64,000 nt of DNA from the NCBI GenBank assembly GCA_023213395.1, contig CM041465.1, forward strand, positions 139,197,741 through 139,261,740, written 5' to 3'. Positions 10,259 through 24,617 of the stretch are shown here, in pieces (the first letter of the stretch is position 1; each line of letters starts with the position of its first letter). This stretch comes from Cycas panzhihuaensis (taxonomy: Eukaryota > Plantae > Cycadophyta). The notes below the pieces were generated by a model. That model saw only the letters and a list, made by a program, of their open reading frames with translations, ran no database searches and was not told the origin of the DNA. The position numbers were made by a program, and so were the translations under genes.

Positions 10259-12453
10259 AACTCCTGGCAGTCCCTTTTGGGCATAAGCTTTTTAATTCCC
10301 ATTTGGGTAAAAAGCTTTTTAACCCAAACCTTTAGAAAAGGGGATACGCGTTTCTTGTTTCTCATGTTTGATTACTTTCACTAATAATTAATGAAATACA
10401 AAATTGGAACGATGTACTAGTGAATCCATCCTGGATAATCTAAGTGGGAAAGATTATGTGGACTTCCCTTGTTCTAGTTCTAGATGAAAAATCATTGTGG
10501 GATTTCAAATTTGAATGGGAAGGCTAGGTGCATAACTTTGGGTTTGAGATCTCTTTTGTTGTTGATCACATTTTGGTTAGATGGTTAATAATTTGTGGAA
10601 TATGCTATGCAGGTTGTCCATTGTAGTTGCTTATATGGATTTAAATTATCATGGGATGATTAGTCTAAATGGGAAAGTTGGATACCTGATTTTGGGTTTG
10701 ACAATGGCCTCCAGTATCATTTTAAGATCCATTTAAGTATTGAATATATTTTGGACAATTAGTTGGTTTTTGTAAACTGCACTCTTATGTAGGTTTTCCA
10801 TCATGGTTGATTTGTACAGTTTTTGAAGCACTACAAAATATTTTGTAACTTTCTCTCATTCTTAAAAAAGTATGTTAGATATCATTTCAAAAAAAAAAAA
10901 TTTAATACAAGATTGCACAACAAAGTGGTTAGAATCATCTTTAAGCCCATCTTTCAATAGTCACTAAATTACAAAATCTAAAGATAATGAACTCGATGAT
11001 CTAATTATCCTCAAGGTTAGTAGCATGAGTTGCACATCCCCCTTCCTATTTAGGTTATGAGGTAAATGCGATTCCCAATCAAGGGCAAGGACATTGTTAA
11101 AATTGTTGATAACTTGCAGCATTCAAGTGATTAAATGATGCTTGTTGTCTCCAAACTTGTTAGAGGGTACCGCACCCACTTGATCACTCAAAAAAAAAAA
11201 AAATTGTTCAACCACTTGCATAAAGTATAAGGTTGGTTCTCATTAACTTCCAAAGGCCCCACTTGGCCTAGAGGTGGCATTAACCTCCTCCTACCCCAAA
11301 CCATCCAACACAAATTATTTAAATCATTAACAAAGCTTGTTTGGATGAAGACCCTATAGCCACACTCTTGTAAGATATTCTTCAACCTTCCTCAGAATAA
11401 CTCCAAAGAAACAAATGATCTCTAATTCTAATTCTATTGTATGATGATGTTTGTTGTAATATGTTGTGCCAACCGAGAGCTCCATTTTTAATATATTTGG
11501 TTTTACCTCAAAATCAAGATGAGGCAATTCTGATTCATTAAGAGGATAAGAAGTAGAACCCATATCCATGAGTTTACAAAGGCTTGGCATCCCTCCTTCT
11601 TGGGCATCCGACCAGAGCTAATTTTTGCTCAGTGTTGAACATTCTCTCATCCACGGTGACTCACAGAATGCTCCTGCAGATACAAAACGCCAGTTGTTTG
11701 GCATTTTTTCATGCTATTTATTGATTGGGCGTTACTTCAATGGTTTTTTTTTTTTCTTTTTTATTTTAAGGGACTTACCTCTGTGGTATATTATCGGCGT
11801 TGATATATCTCTGAACGAAATGAAATCCATTTCATATGGTTCACTGAACCCCTTGTTGAGCCAAAATCCTACGTGCATAACTCTACATTGTGGCTGCCCG
11901 AATCTACAGAAAATTAGCCCAAAATCTGCTTACGCAACATGTAAAACATTCCTGATTCCTCCGGGACCGACGCACAGGTAAACCGCAAAACAATGTACAT
12001 TTTTCATTGAAATTTTTATTTTTCCAAAGTTACAAAGAAATTTAACTACGTTGGATGATTTGTTAGTTTGAAAAGGCCCAAAATTGTTAGAAGAGATGGG
12101 CACACAAGTAACACCACATGACTTGAGCTATTTTGCAAAGGGGTTAAAATTTTATTTTAATAAGTTATTTCAAAATTTTTATATTTATGTGTTTTTTTGG
12201 CATAATTTTTTTATACGATTTTGAAATGTATTTTCTGTGGGCTTTGATTTGAGTTATTATATGACTTATTTTATATGAGATTTTAAAATTTGAAGTGAAG
12301 CCTTGTAATTTCATGATGACTTCTATTGTTATTTCTTGTAGTCTTAAACTATATTTTTAGGCCATTCAGATTTTAGCTGGTAAACCATTATTCTTGAAGC
12401 CATAACACTTGTTTTCTTTTGTCAAATCGAAAATAAAGGAAAAGAATAGAGAG

Positions 12454-15400
12454 AGAAAAAAATTTATTGTATGATTTTAGACTTCAACCAAGACAAAAAT
12501 TTCCTATTTTTGTATTCATGGTTCTATCATTTTTTATGATTAGAATGCAACCCTTTTCACATTCTTCAAGGAAGTCAATTCAAAAAATGAATATGAGAAG
12601 AAGAAAGAAAATGTGCTTTTTTCATTTTCAAGCAAATAATGGAGATACTTTTCTTTTTCTCTTAGTCCATCAAACTCAATGGAATACGATCTAGCACATG
12701 CACATAATAATAGGCAAGATCTAAGGCCTCAATCTATTTGGACCTTGGAATCTCTGTAAGAACACCTTAATAGGAAACATGCGTAGCTCGACTTGCCAGA
12801 CAATCAACAAAATAACCTCTTTAATGAACTTTGAGACCTCTTCCTCTTTAATCCACTAGAGGCAATTACTCAGGTTCATGCTCCGCACTATGAGAATCAG
12901 AACAACATCATAAATGAAGACCTCCTAAGTGCACTGCCAAGAATTGTGGATCACGACACAAATACAATTACCTCCCTTGTTGAAGACATTGAAAGCATCT
13001 ATGTGGAACTTCAGGCAAAAGCCCTCATCAACAAGTTCAATAATCTGTACCCTCCTATTTGGTCTTTTGGAGACTGGACAAAATCTATATGGCGACCCAT
13101 CTTATCTTACAGGATAGCATTCAAACTCAAAGGTAACGGTTTCTTCAATATCTTCTTCTCTAATACAAGACTTAGAAAAGGTTCTTTATGACAACCTATG
13201 GTTTATGCATAACTCGGGTCTTGCTCTTCAATGTTAGACTCCAATGTTTGACCCTAACAACCCATAGTCTCTAAAAATCTCAGTGTGGGTTCGGTTACCC
13301 TTTCTGCCTGATGAATTTAGAGAATAAGAGCGTCTCATCAAAATCAACTCCATATTGGGCAAGGTCTTCAAATTGGATTCAAATACCCTAGATCACACAA
13401 TAAGAGGAGCGGCAAAAGTGTGTGTCAAGTTCGATATGACCGAACTGCTAAAGGAACAATTATTTATCAAGGCAGGCAACGTATCAATAAAAATCAATCT
13501 AGATTATGCAAGAGTTCTTTTTAGATGCACCACTTACCACAATATTGGGCATGTGCGAAAGTTTTTCCATTTATTTCAAGCCCCTTCTAGCCTAGACCCC
13601 TCAAAGACGAAGCTGTCCTAGACCAAATGCCCCCTAACCAATCAACAACTACCAAGGTCAATAGAGAGAAGGAGCAACAGGTAGAAAATGATCCAAATAT
13701 CAATGGAATAATTTCTTAAGCCCACATGGAAACGACTAACCATCCATGTCATATGACTATAACTCAGACAAGAGATGATGCTAAGTAGACACTTGTTACT
13801 AATCGATCAAGAAACAAATATAAAGGTCACCTTACAAGTGCTTAATCTCTTCAACTAGATTCCAATGACTCTCGAGACTGACTCAAGAAAAGGTTGAAGG
13901 CTACTACAATGTTTCAAGGTCAATCATCAGAAGCCACCATTGCGCCTATTCTAGCATATCAACAAGACAACCCAATCGATATTCACATGGATGAAGTAGA
14001 CTCTCCGAACCACGTCTTAGAAATTGAGTGGTTAAGATTTCCCAATATGGATGATCTTCAGTCACAATATCAAATGCCCAATTGCGGCAAAGTTCTACAT
14101 TACACCCAACTCAAAACATTGGCTCGTACTACTCCCTCTCAGCCTAATGGATAAAAATATTTTTTCAGCTATTGCCTGGAATATTAGGGGGAATTGGCTA
14201 TCCTCAATTTTGTAAATGCATTAAGCTAAAATGCATCATCCACCATCAGTAGCTCCATTTCCTCAATTTTGTAAATGCATTAAGCTAAAATGCATCATCC
14301 ACCATCAGTAGCTCCATTTTCTTGTCCTTACAGGAACTCACATCGTTTCTGATAGTGATATGTAGCTCACCATCTACAATATTTGGCCTTTGGCCCAATG
14401 GAAAGTAATTCTTCTAGATCGACCTACTGAAGGTCTTTGCATTCTATGGAACAATTAGTGGGAGATGCTTCACTATATAAAAAATCCATTTTATGATTGG
14501 CTGTGTTTGAAAATGCAAAAAGATCAATTTTTTGTTGGGTTATCGAGGTCTATGCCTCGACAGATGCTCATATTAGACACAAATTATGGTAAGTTTTGGC
14601 AAATGTATTAAATGCCAACTAGGTCGATCACGACCACATCCTTCTTTTTGGAGACTTTAATTTTATGGAATCACCATTTGACAAGATAAGTGATAATTTT
14701 AAAAGGCCATTCCAAAAGGACAGTTCATCCTTCTTCAACCTTAAAGATAGATTTAATCTTTCAGATTTACCTTGGAAGGGGCCTCTAAACTTTATCTAGA
14801 CTAATAATCAGCTGGGTAAAAACTTTATAGTTGAAAGGCTTGATATAGCCCATATTTAAACTTCTCTTAGCCCTCTTATTGCTCATTATCAATACATTTT
14901 AGTAAATGATGTGGTGATCTCTGACCATATTTCAATCGAGATCCAATTCTTCACTACAGTTGATACATCTACTTTAGGGAAGATAATTTTCAAATTTAAT
15001 ATGAGCTTGCTCAAATTAAAAGCGTTTAGAAACTCTCTACAATAATGGTGGTCTGTCCTTTATAACCGATCAAACTATTTAGTTAGTTTAAGTTCTTGTT
15101 AGACAATGATTATGAAAAGTCTCAAATCTGGCATCAAATAATTTAGTAAAGAGCATAAATGTCGGTTTGAGGAACAAAGAGAATCCATGTTGCATACCCC
15201 CCACTCTATACAAAAAGAATTTGAAGAGGGTAAAGGATCTCTTGATCTTCAAACCAAGCTTTATGATCTTAATGATCAATTTCTTCTCATGTAAAAACAA
15301 GAAGTCGAAAACTCAAAGGCCTGGTCTAGTATTCAATGGAAACTTCATGTCGATCAGAACTCAAAATATTTTAATCACTATACTAAAGCCATGCAACATC

Positions 15401-18186
15401 AATGAATTCTAAATAATTTGTGGGTCTCTCCTTCTGAGATTATATATTCTCTCTATAAAATTCAAGAAGAGATCTTTTAACATTTTGATAGACTATGGAC
15501 CACTCAGGGCTTCTCTCCACCTAGGGCCCAAGCCTCACAAATCATTCTCTCCAAAGTGCAAGCTATTCCTAATGATTGTTGTAGGAATCTTAACAAATCT
15601 CTTGGTAGACCAATCATAAAGGAGAAAATCTATAAAATTATGACCAATTTTTCCCATGGCAAATCCCCTGGCCTGGACAGTATGCCTATAGAGCTCTTAT
15701 TGGCTATTGAATCTAATGAGTTGCCCTAGTTAATAGCTAGAATTACATAAGAGGTTCATAATATAGGTAAGATGCACCTAATAATCAATACGACTATGGT
15801 CTCTTTGATTCCAAAAGATGGTAGTCCTTCTACCATCCACCATTGGAGACCCATTAGTCTTTACAACACCTCATATAAAATCCTTACTAAGGTCCTAGCT
15901 AATTGGCTTAAAGCCTTCCTTCCTTAAGTTGTCAATGAAAATCAAGTAGCTTTTATCAAAGGTTAGTGTATAATAGACATTATCACTATGATTGCTGAGG
16001 CCCTTCATACTATACATAGAAGAAGGCTATAAGTAGCCTTGGTCAAATTAGATCTTAATAAAGCATATGACATAATGGAATGGGATTTTCACCTTGTTAT
16101 TCTCCTCTAGAAGGGTTTGCAAATAAGCCATATTAATTGGATTAGAGCTATGCTTACCTCAGTTTTGATGGCTATAAAAATCAATGGCTAAATTGGTTAT
16201 CTTATTTACACAAGCAGAAGAATTCATCAGGGTTGTCCATTATCTCCCTATTTATTTGTTATTGCCATAGATGGTTTATCTTCTTTATTAGAATGGCTAC
16301 AGTCAGTGGGCCTCCTCTAAAGCATCTCAATTAATGAAATAGAGAGCACAACGCACTAGATTTTTATAGATGATACCATTCTCTTAGGTTAGCCCTTATA
16401 TATAGAGATCATCGTATAGAGCCAAGCCCTTAACCTTTTTGCACTCATAGTAGGGATGATGATTAATCACAGTAAATTTAGCATTATTTTTAATTAAGCC
16501 TCTTCAGAGACTCAAACCTTGTTGATAATTCTCAGAATTCCAATTGCCCCTAGAAATACTATTTTCAAACATTTGGGCATTCTGATGGGCCTCTCTAGAG
16601 TAAAGATTGTTGACTAGTGCCCTTACATCTTGAAAATTAAGAACAAGTTAGACTCACGACCAACTAGGTCTCTTAATCTATTAGGCCATTAGAGTCTAAT
16701 AAAATCAACTTTGTCCCAAATGCCTAATTATCTAATGTCTATTATTCAAGCTCCTAAAGCAATCCTCTCCACAATCCAAAGTTTGTTTACAAGATTATTC
16801 TGGAAGCTATGGTCAGTTGAAATTAAGCTAATGTACCTAGTTAAGTAGATCATGGTGTCAGATCATAAGGGATGCAATAGTCTTGTTCTGAAAAAAACCT
16901 TTTTATTATGGCGCAAGTTAAAGGGGCAAAGTAATTGTGGGATCTCTAGATTAGAGAGAATGATAACTGGGCTCACATTATTAGAAGAAATACTATTTCT
17001 GTCACATCGCTAAACAACAACTAGTGGCATCCAATCATATTAACGAAGGTTCCATCATTTGGAATCATATGGTTATAGCATGGGATAAATTTCACTACAA
17101 CACTATCGTTTCTCCAAGCTCAACGGGTCTCCAAGTTAATTTTTGGACTGACAAATGGTTGCACCCAGGGTTTCCTATCCTAGTTAACCAAGAGAAGTTT
17201 ACACCATTGGTTTAATTCTTTAGCTCTCATAACCTATACGTAGTAACTTAGTTCCATGATTTTGATTAGGTTTGATGGAAGGGCATTGTTAATCTTGTAC
17301 CTGAGATTAACTCTCACCCTGAATCTTTTCTTCTCCAATTGGCTAATAGACTCAATTTCTTCTTGTAATAAGTGGATCCCCTAAAAGCTATGATCGACTT
17401 TGAGTAGGAGGAAGGTCTCATGTTTCTCTCCAGGGCCCAAGTTTTTCAGTACATAGAGTTATACTATATGATTCATAGTTAGAAATATTGCCACGCTCAA
17501 CTTGAAGCTGAATGAGAATGGATATGGTGGAAGTGAGCTCTACCCAAATATAATGTGCTCCATTAGAGGATTCTTCATAAGGCTTTCATTTTTCAAGATA
17601 CATAGAATCGATGGAATATTCAACATGAAGCTTATTGCCCGATTTGTGATACTGAGAATGATAGTTTTGACCATATATGGTGGTACTGTTCTCTAGTCGA
17701 TGACATCTGGTACACTTCCTTCCATATCTTTGATATAGATTAAGGTTCTACTAAAATCCAAAATGGTCAATTACCTCTTTATTCTTGGTTAGTCAAAGGA
17801 AGCCAGGCCACAACTCATACTAGGTTCATACATTGTTACCATCTAACAGATCTCTAGCTTCTGTTCTTCAAGATCATCATCCATGAAATCTAAAAAATTC
17901 TTACCACGACATATTTCCAACAAGTTGTGCCCTCCTTCAACCATATCTATGGCCACATTAAGAAGGAAATTCTTTTATGGTTGTCCTATAATTTGTGCTT
18001 CACTTCTCTCCACGTAAAACTTAGGAAACACCTTCATATGGATGCCTCTATCCTTAGTGCTTTGCATGTAAAATAATGAGTTATCAGATCTTTGTGATCA
18101 TTTACTTACTTTTATCCACTTGTATTACAATTAAATATTTGATTTAATAATATCCATATTTTACTTTCAAAAAGAAAAAAGAAAAG
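12454..18186 (+). mobile_element. Near full-length, decayed plant L1-clade LINE
   Basis: ORF1 remnants (DUF4283-like 'KGNGFF..F', 'VWVRLPFLP', 'GKV.KLD...A.VCV', knuckle remnant). ORF2 endonuclease WNIRG (~14177), GDFN (~14651), SDH (~14920). RT KSPGLD (~15661), WRPISLYNTSYKI (~15844), QGCPLSP (~16228), FIDD (~16363). zf-RVT at ~17640. A-rich tail 18169..18186. Candidate 12-bp TSD AAGAATAGAGAG (12442..12453 / 18187..18198). Many stops. Confidence 0.88.
14202..14319. repeat. Perfect 59-bp tandem duplication inside LINE ORF2
   Basis: CCTCAATTTTGTAAATGC...GCTCCATTT at 14202..14260 and 14261..14319. Confidence 0.95.
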
Positions 18187-18969
18187 AAGAATAGAGAGGG
18201 TATTATTCATTTGAGAGATGGTCTCATGTGATGGGTACACTTTTGGTAATTTTGACACAACATGGCTTATTAGGATGATTTCATTCATGCTCATTGTCAG
18301 CAATATTAAAGAAGTGATTTCTAGTTGAAGTATGCCAAAGCTAGTAGTAGAGGTCAAACAAGAAGAGGAACATCTTGACAAGCTCAGAGGCCACCTTGGA
18401 AGAGAAAACTGAGGCAATCATCCCTCCTCCTTCGCCCACTAATGTTAAAGACCTTGAAGCTTCCATTTTATTACCAACATCATATGAAAGTTCTCTTCAT
18501 GATACATGTCAGTTTCATACATCTTTTAATAACATCGAGGCTCCTCTTACAACTGCATGTATAGAGGGTAAGAGTATTATGCTTTGTATAGATGTTGTGC
18601 ATAATAAAAATTTACATAATAATGTAGACCATCCTCCCTTGCAAACTCCCCTTATTGAACAAAATTAATGTACTTTAGTGCAAAAGAAAAGTCAAAGTCT
18701 ATACCTTTAGGCAAGAAATTCACAAGCATGTACCTTTGCCATGCATATGGATTTCTAATTTTGTGTATAGCTATTCTACTTCACTATGATGCCATGTTTT
18801 TTTAACACACATTTCTATTCAATAGGTTATGTGTACATGTAACATCACTCTCCTCCAACAATAGATGTAGTAGTAGTTTCTACATTTTGACATAAAGATG
18901 ACGCATCTACTTTATATATTCTGGTAGTAGTAAAATGTGGTAATATGCTTCTTATACTTTCTCATTGAT

Positions 18970-19451
18970 GGTTGAGGACAACCATCTCTTAAAAGGGAGG
19001 GGAATGTAGTTATTTTCACACCTATATAGTAAATAAGTGAGACTAGATAGGTTAAAGGTTAGTGGTTAGTTTTAATGTAGAATCAGAATGATAAAATAAT
19101 AAAGGATTGAGTTAAGGTTGATGATGTGAGCAGTTAATGTAAGTGCATAGTTAACATGAGGGTTAAGAATAATAGGTTAATGAAATAATTAGCATATTTT
19201 TTGTATAAATGCACCATCCAATGCATTATAATAGTTTAGAACATTTAAATACAAATCAATTTGAATCTTCATTTGAAGATTAATTAATCATCTTTCATCT
19301 TACTTTCTATTGGTTTTCCACTTTGGCTCCATTGGTGCCTATCTGAGTTCTTTACTAGCTTCTTTCCATGCTTTCATCTTGAGACTTATGTGCTTCTAGC
19401 TTCATTTATCGTGTGGTTTACAAGATTGATAAGGAGTAGGGTCGAGCTTCA
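18970..19451 (+). mobile_element. 3' end (PPT + LTR) of a gypsy-like element
   Basis: GTTGAGGACAAC...AAAAGGGAGGGGAA-TGTAG (LTR start 19005); TATAAAT at ~19205. Right end uncertain. Confidence 0.55.
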
Positions 19452-19672
19452 CTATGGTAATGGTCCTTACTTAACCAGAGAGGATGCCCTTATTATATTT
19501 TAACATAATTGTCATATTATACGACTTTATACAAGATTAATGTTAAGAAAATTGTACAAGTATTATGACCCTACTTATTTTTAGTGGGTGTTACACTAAA
19601 ATGAATGTTCTTATTTTATTTTAGCTTCTCTTATTTTTACACGTTCATTATCTTTACTCTTGTCAGTTTCAT

Positions 19673-19675
<3 letters not shown>

Positions 19676-19737
<62 letters not shown>
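19676..19737. repeat. (TA)n microsatellite
   Basis: About 31 uninterrupted TA units. Confidence 0.98.
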
Positions 19738-19739
<2 letters not shown>

Positions 19740-22622
19740 ATAAGGTTCAAATTAAAGGGGGTTTTGGAGGGGACCCCAACCCCTTACATCAACTGCCACT
19801 TGGGCCTCAAAAAACTGCCGTGACAAGCCCACAGCCTAGTTGAATCCTGCCTCTAAGCCCAATTACATGCCCTCCCATGCCATCGACAAGACCGATGGCT
19901 GACTAAATCTACCCCAACATGCTCAAGGCTAAGACCTATCTAATATGAAAATCCTCTATGTCCTTCCTAACTAGAGCTAGAATCCCCTCAGGGATCATAT
20001 CTTTCCAAAACTCATACCTTTTGGTTTGAACACCCCAATTGGCCAACTCGTTAGCAACCCTGTTACCTTCTCTATAGGTGTGGATCATTTGGATTTTAGC
20101 TCTTCTCCTGAGGATCTCCTTGGCATCATTTATTCAGGTTATGTATCTCCAATCTGGGTCATCCTTCCCCTTAATTAACTTAATTATATTCAATGAGTCC
20201 TCTTCAAGGATGACCCTGTCATGGCCCTCTTGCGAAATCATATCCATTGCTTTGCACATAGCTTTCAACTCAGCTCAATGGTTGAATTAGGAGTTATAGT
20301 AATCTGCGAATGCCCATATCACCTTCCCTTCCACATTCCTACACACACCACCTCCCTTCGCTTCTCCAAGGTTACCTTTTGCAGCTCCATCAAAATTGAT
20401 TTTCACCCATCCAATAAGTGGGGGGATCCATTTACACCTCCTAATTGATTTCATTTTGACCTTAACGCTTAACCCCCAATTTTCCATAATCATTCTATCC
20501 TCAAGTTTGATCGTAATTTCCTCTTCATTCTTCAAGGTCTCTTTTACATCCCCCCAACATTATCCCAAAAAGCTTAGGCTCATCCATATGCTTATCTTGA
20601 AAAATTCTTCTGTTTCTTTCTTTCCAGAGATTCCACATCATCACTGGAATATATGTGGACCAAACATACTTCAAAACTCAACTTCTAAAAAGGTATGTCC
20701 AAGAGGAAGCCAAATCCCACACTGTACCTGGAAGGACCCAATCGACCCCAAGGGCATTCCACAATAGCTTCCATAACTCCCTAGAGTATGTGCAGTGAAG
20801 CATAATGTGATCAAGGGTCTCCTCCTCCCTGCACATGATGCATCTGCTCACCATGATAAAACCTCTTTTCCTTAGGTTGTTAGTTGTTAATATTTTATTT
20901 CTAAGGCAGGACCACCAAAAGATAGCTATCTTGGGGATTAATCCCAAGTTCCAAACTCCACCAAGCACTTTATTATCGCTGAGGCCTCTATCTAAGAGCA
21001 ATGCCAAATAACCCATCTTCACTGAATAGTCCCATGAGGGAGCCCCAGGCTAGACCATCACATCATCCTTGGGGAATTTAAGAATATAGTTTTTTGCGAG
21101 CTCAGAGTTTAAGGAGACTATTTAATCCTTACCTGCATGCTCGAGGGGGAGGTCCTCGTAGCTTCTCCAATTTTTTTTCTCCCCATAAGTTTCCTAATAA
21201 TCTTTAACCTTCCTCCCATAGGACCTCTCACAGATATTTTGGAGAGCTCCTAAGGAGGGTCTCTCCTTCAATGGGGGCCTTCCACACCATACATCCTCCT
21301 ATGTTTTAATTCTTTCTCCATTCCCCAAGCTCCATTCGACCCTAGTTGCAAGCATCTTTCTCACACATATAAGACTTCTCCAGATCACGGAGCCTTCTTT
21401 CCTAGAAAGATCATCCATCAGGTACTTTTTATGTCTAAGATATTTCTGAGTAATAATTCTACACTAGAATTTATTCTCCCCCTTAGTATGGCTCCAACCA
21501 AGTTTCACCATCAAAGCTCTATTAAAGCGGGAAATATCTTTCACATTGAGACTGCCTACCCACTTAGGAAGGAATACTTTCTCCCAAGCGACAAGGTGAA
21601 TCCTATCTTTATCCTCTGTTCTAGACCACAAGAACCTTTTCTGGATAGATTCTAGGACACTAATAATCTTTGTTAGGCATCTAAACAGAGATCATGTCTG
21701 ATGGAACATTATGAAGAGAGGCTATCAATAATTATAGCTTACCAACTTGACTCAATAGCGCCCTTTTCCAGCCCACCAACTTCCTTTGAACACGATGGAT
21801 AATGGGGTTCCAAAGCTCCTTCCCCAATTTGCCTATAAAAAGGGGCAAACTCAAATACAAAGAAGGGAGCCTCCTAATAGGCATTCCTAGAATCCTATGG
21901 ATAATGCCTTGGGTCCTTGCCAAGGTATTCAAGAAGAAGATACTGCTCTTATTCAGGTTGATCTTCTGGTTAGTAGCATCCTTGAACCTATCTAACTCTT
22001 TTTTGATCACTCTATCCTCTGCGATTGTAGCCTTACCAAATAGAATATTGTCATCCACGAAATGGCAATTGACCACATTATCCACACCCAACGTAAGTTT
22101 TAGACCTTTTAGCTTGCTTATTCCTCTGGCTTCCTCTAGGGCCCTTCCCAACATTTCAGCCATTATGATAAAAACATAAGACGATAAAGGGCCTCCTTGG
22201 CACATGCTTCTGAACTCAGGGAAGAAGGTTGTCGACGTGCCATTAACCAACACTAAGAATTTTAGGTTCACAATACAACTTTTTATCCAATTTCCCATAC
22301 ACTCACTAACCCCAAAGCTCTGATACATTCCATTAAACAATCCCAAGAGACCCTATCATAAGCCTTAGAAAGGTCAATTTTTATTATCATACCAGGTTCT
22401 TTCTTCTGAAACGTTGAGTGAACTGTTTCATGGGCTACGATTATTCCATCTAGAATTTGCCTCCCTTTAACAAATCCATCTTGGTTAGGAGCTATTATTA
22501 AAGGGAGAATTCTTTTTAGCATGTTAGCAAGGATTTTCACTAAGATCTTATATTTCACATTACACAGACTTATAGCTTTGAAATCTTCCATATATTTGGC
22601 ATCTCCTTTCTTCAGAATCATA
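19676..22622 (-). mobile_element. 5'-truncated L1-clade LINE with RNase H domain
   Basis: RT (AISLCNV.YKI..K, KIDLSKAYDRV, QGGPLS, FVDD), zf-RVT (C.MC.EEETLDH...HC), RNase H (W.PP..GWVKINFDGA.KGN.G; HTYREGN.VA..LA). The 3' end CTTATCAA runs into (TA)n. Candidate 9-bp TSD TTTCATTAA (19667..19675 / 22623..22631). Confidence 0.9.
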
Positions 22623-23747
22623 TTTCATTAACTACATTAACTTTAAGGCTGTAGTTATTAAATATCTAAAAAGATCATATAAATAACTTATTTCATTTTG
22701 GCTTTTTAGGGTATAGGTTTGGCGCAAAAGTAAATTATTTAGAAGCTTTGATATAAAACTTATGACCCAAATTAGATTAATGCTCTTAGACTAAACTTAT
22801 GCCTTACACAAACATGTTGTAAAGTAGCTTACAAATTGTATGGAGTATAGGGACATGGAATAGCTAGGGAATATAATTTGGTACTTCTTACAAATAACTA
22901 GTCTAAACTATTTATCATCATTTACAAGTATGAATTACTATGAGTACTTACTTTAAGTCACTTCTCCTCTCCAACTCTAGCTAAGAAAAATTCCTCTAAG
23001 TCCCTCATGGGCTCTTTTTATCATCCCTAAGCAACTATCTCTAACAAAGAAAAAAATCAACCATTTTGTAACTATTGCATTGATTACTAATAATTGTTCT
23101 TGTAACAAATTCTTGCTTCCATAGCAATTACTTTATTTGCTAGATATCCATTTTTTAAAATCTCACATCGTTATTTCTCTATGGGTTCAAGTTCTATAGT
23201 GGGAATTTACATTTTAGTTTGTAGTTATTGGATTGCCCTAGTCACTAGTCCTAGAGCTAGAGACAATTATTGGTCACAGTCATTGGCCACAAGGCTAGTC
23301 ACTGCCACTATCATTGATGTCAAATACTAGTCTCAATTATTAGTCACAAAGCTAGTTATTATCACTAGTAATAATTTCCAGTCATAGTGGCTTGTTCTTG
23401 CTTGAGTTGTGACTTGTTTGGTGCTACATTTGACTTTTTCTTGTCAAGTGAATTTCCTATTCAATTCTTTAGGTTATGCCTTGTCATTTATTAGGAATTT
23501 ATTAAGTTGGCCATGCCTTCTTTATCATAAACACACTTTGCTAACTATGCTTAGAATTGCATCAGTAAGTGACACATGTTCTATTATTATGATATATTGA
23601 AATCCAAGTCAAAGTTATGATCATATCTTGTATTGAATAAATTGAACTAGTAAATAAATATAAAATCATGTTTCATATCAGATTCTAACACATATATGTA
23701 AATGGATATATTTAAGTAATTAAATTTAGACCTATCAAAACAATAAT

Positions 23748-24617
<870 letters not shown>

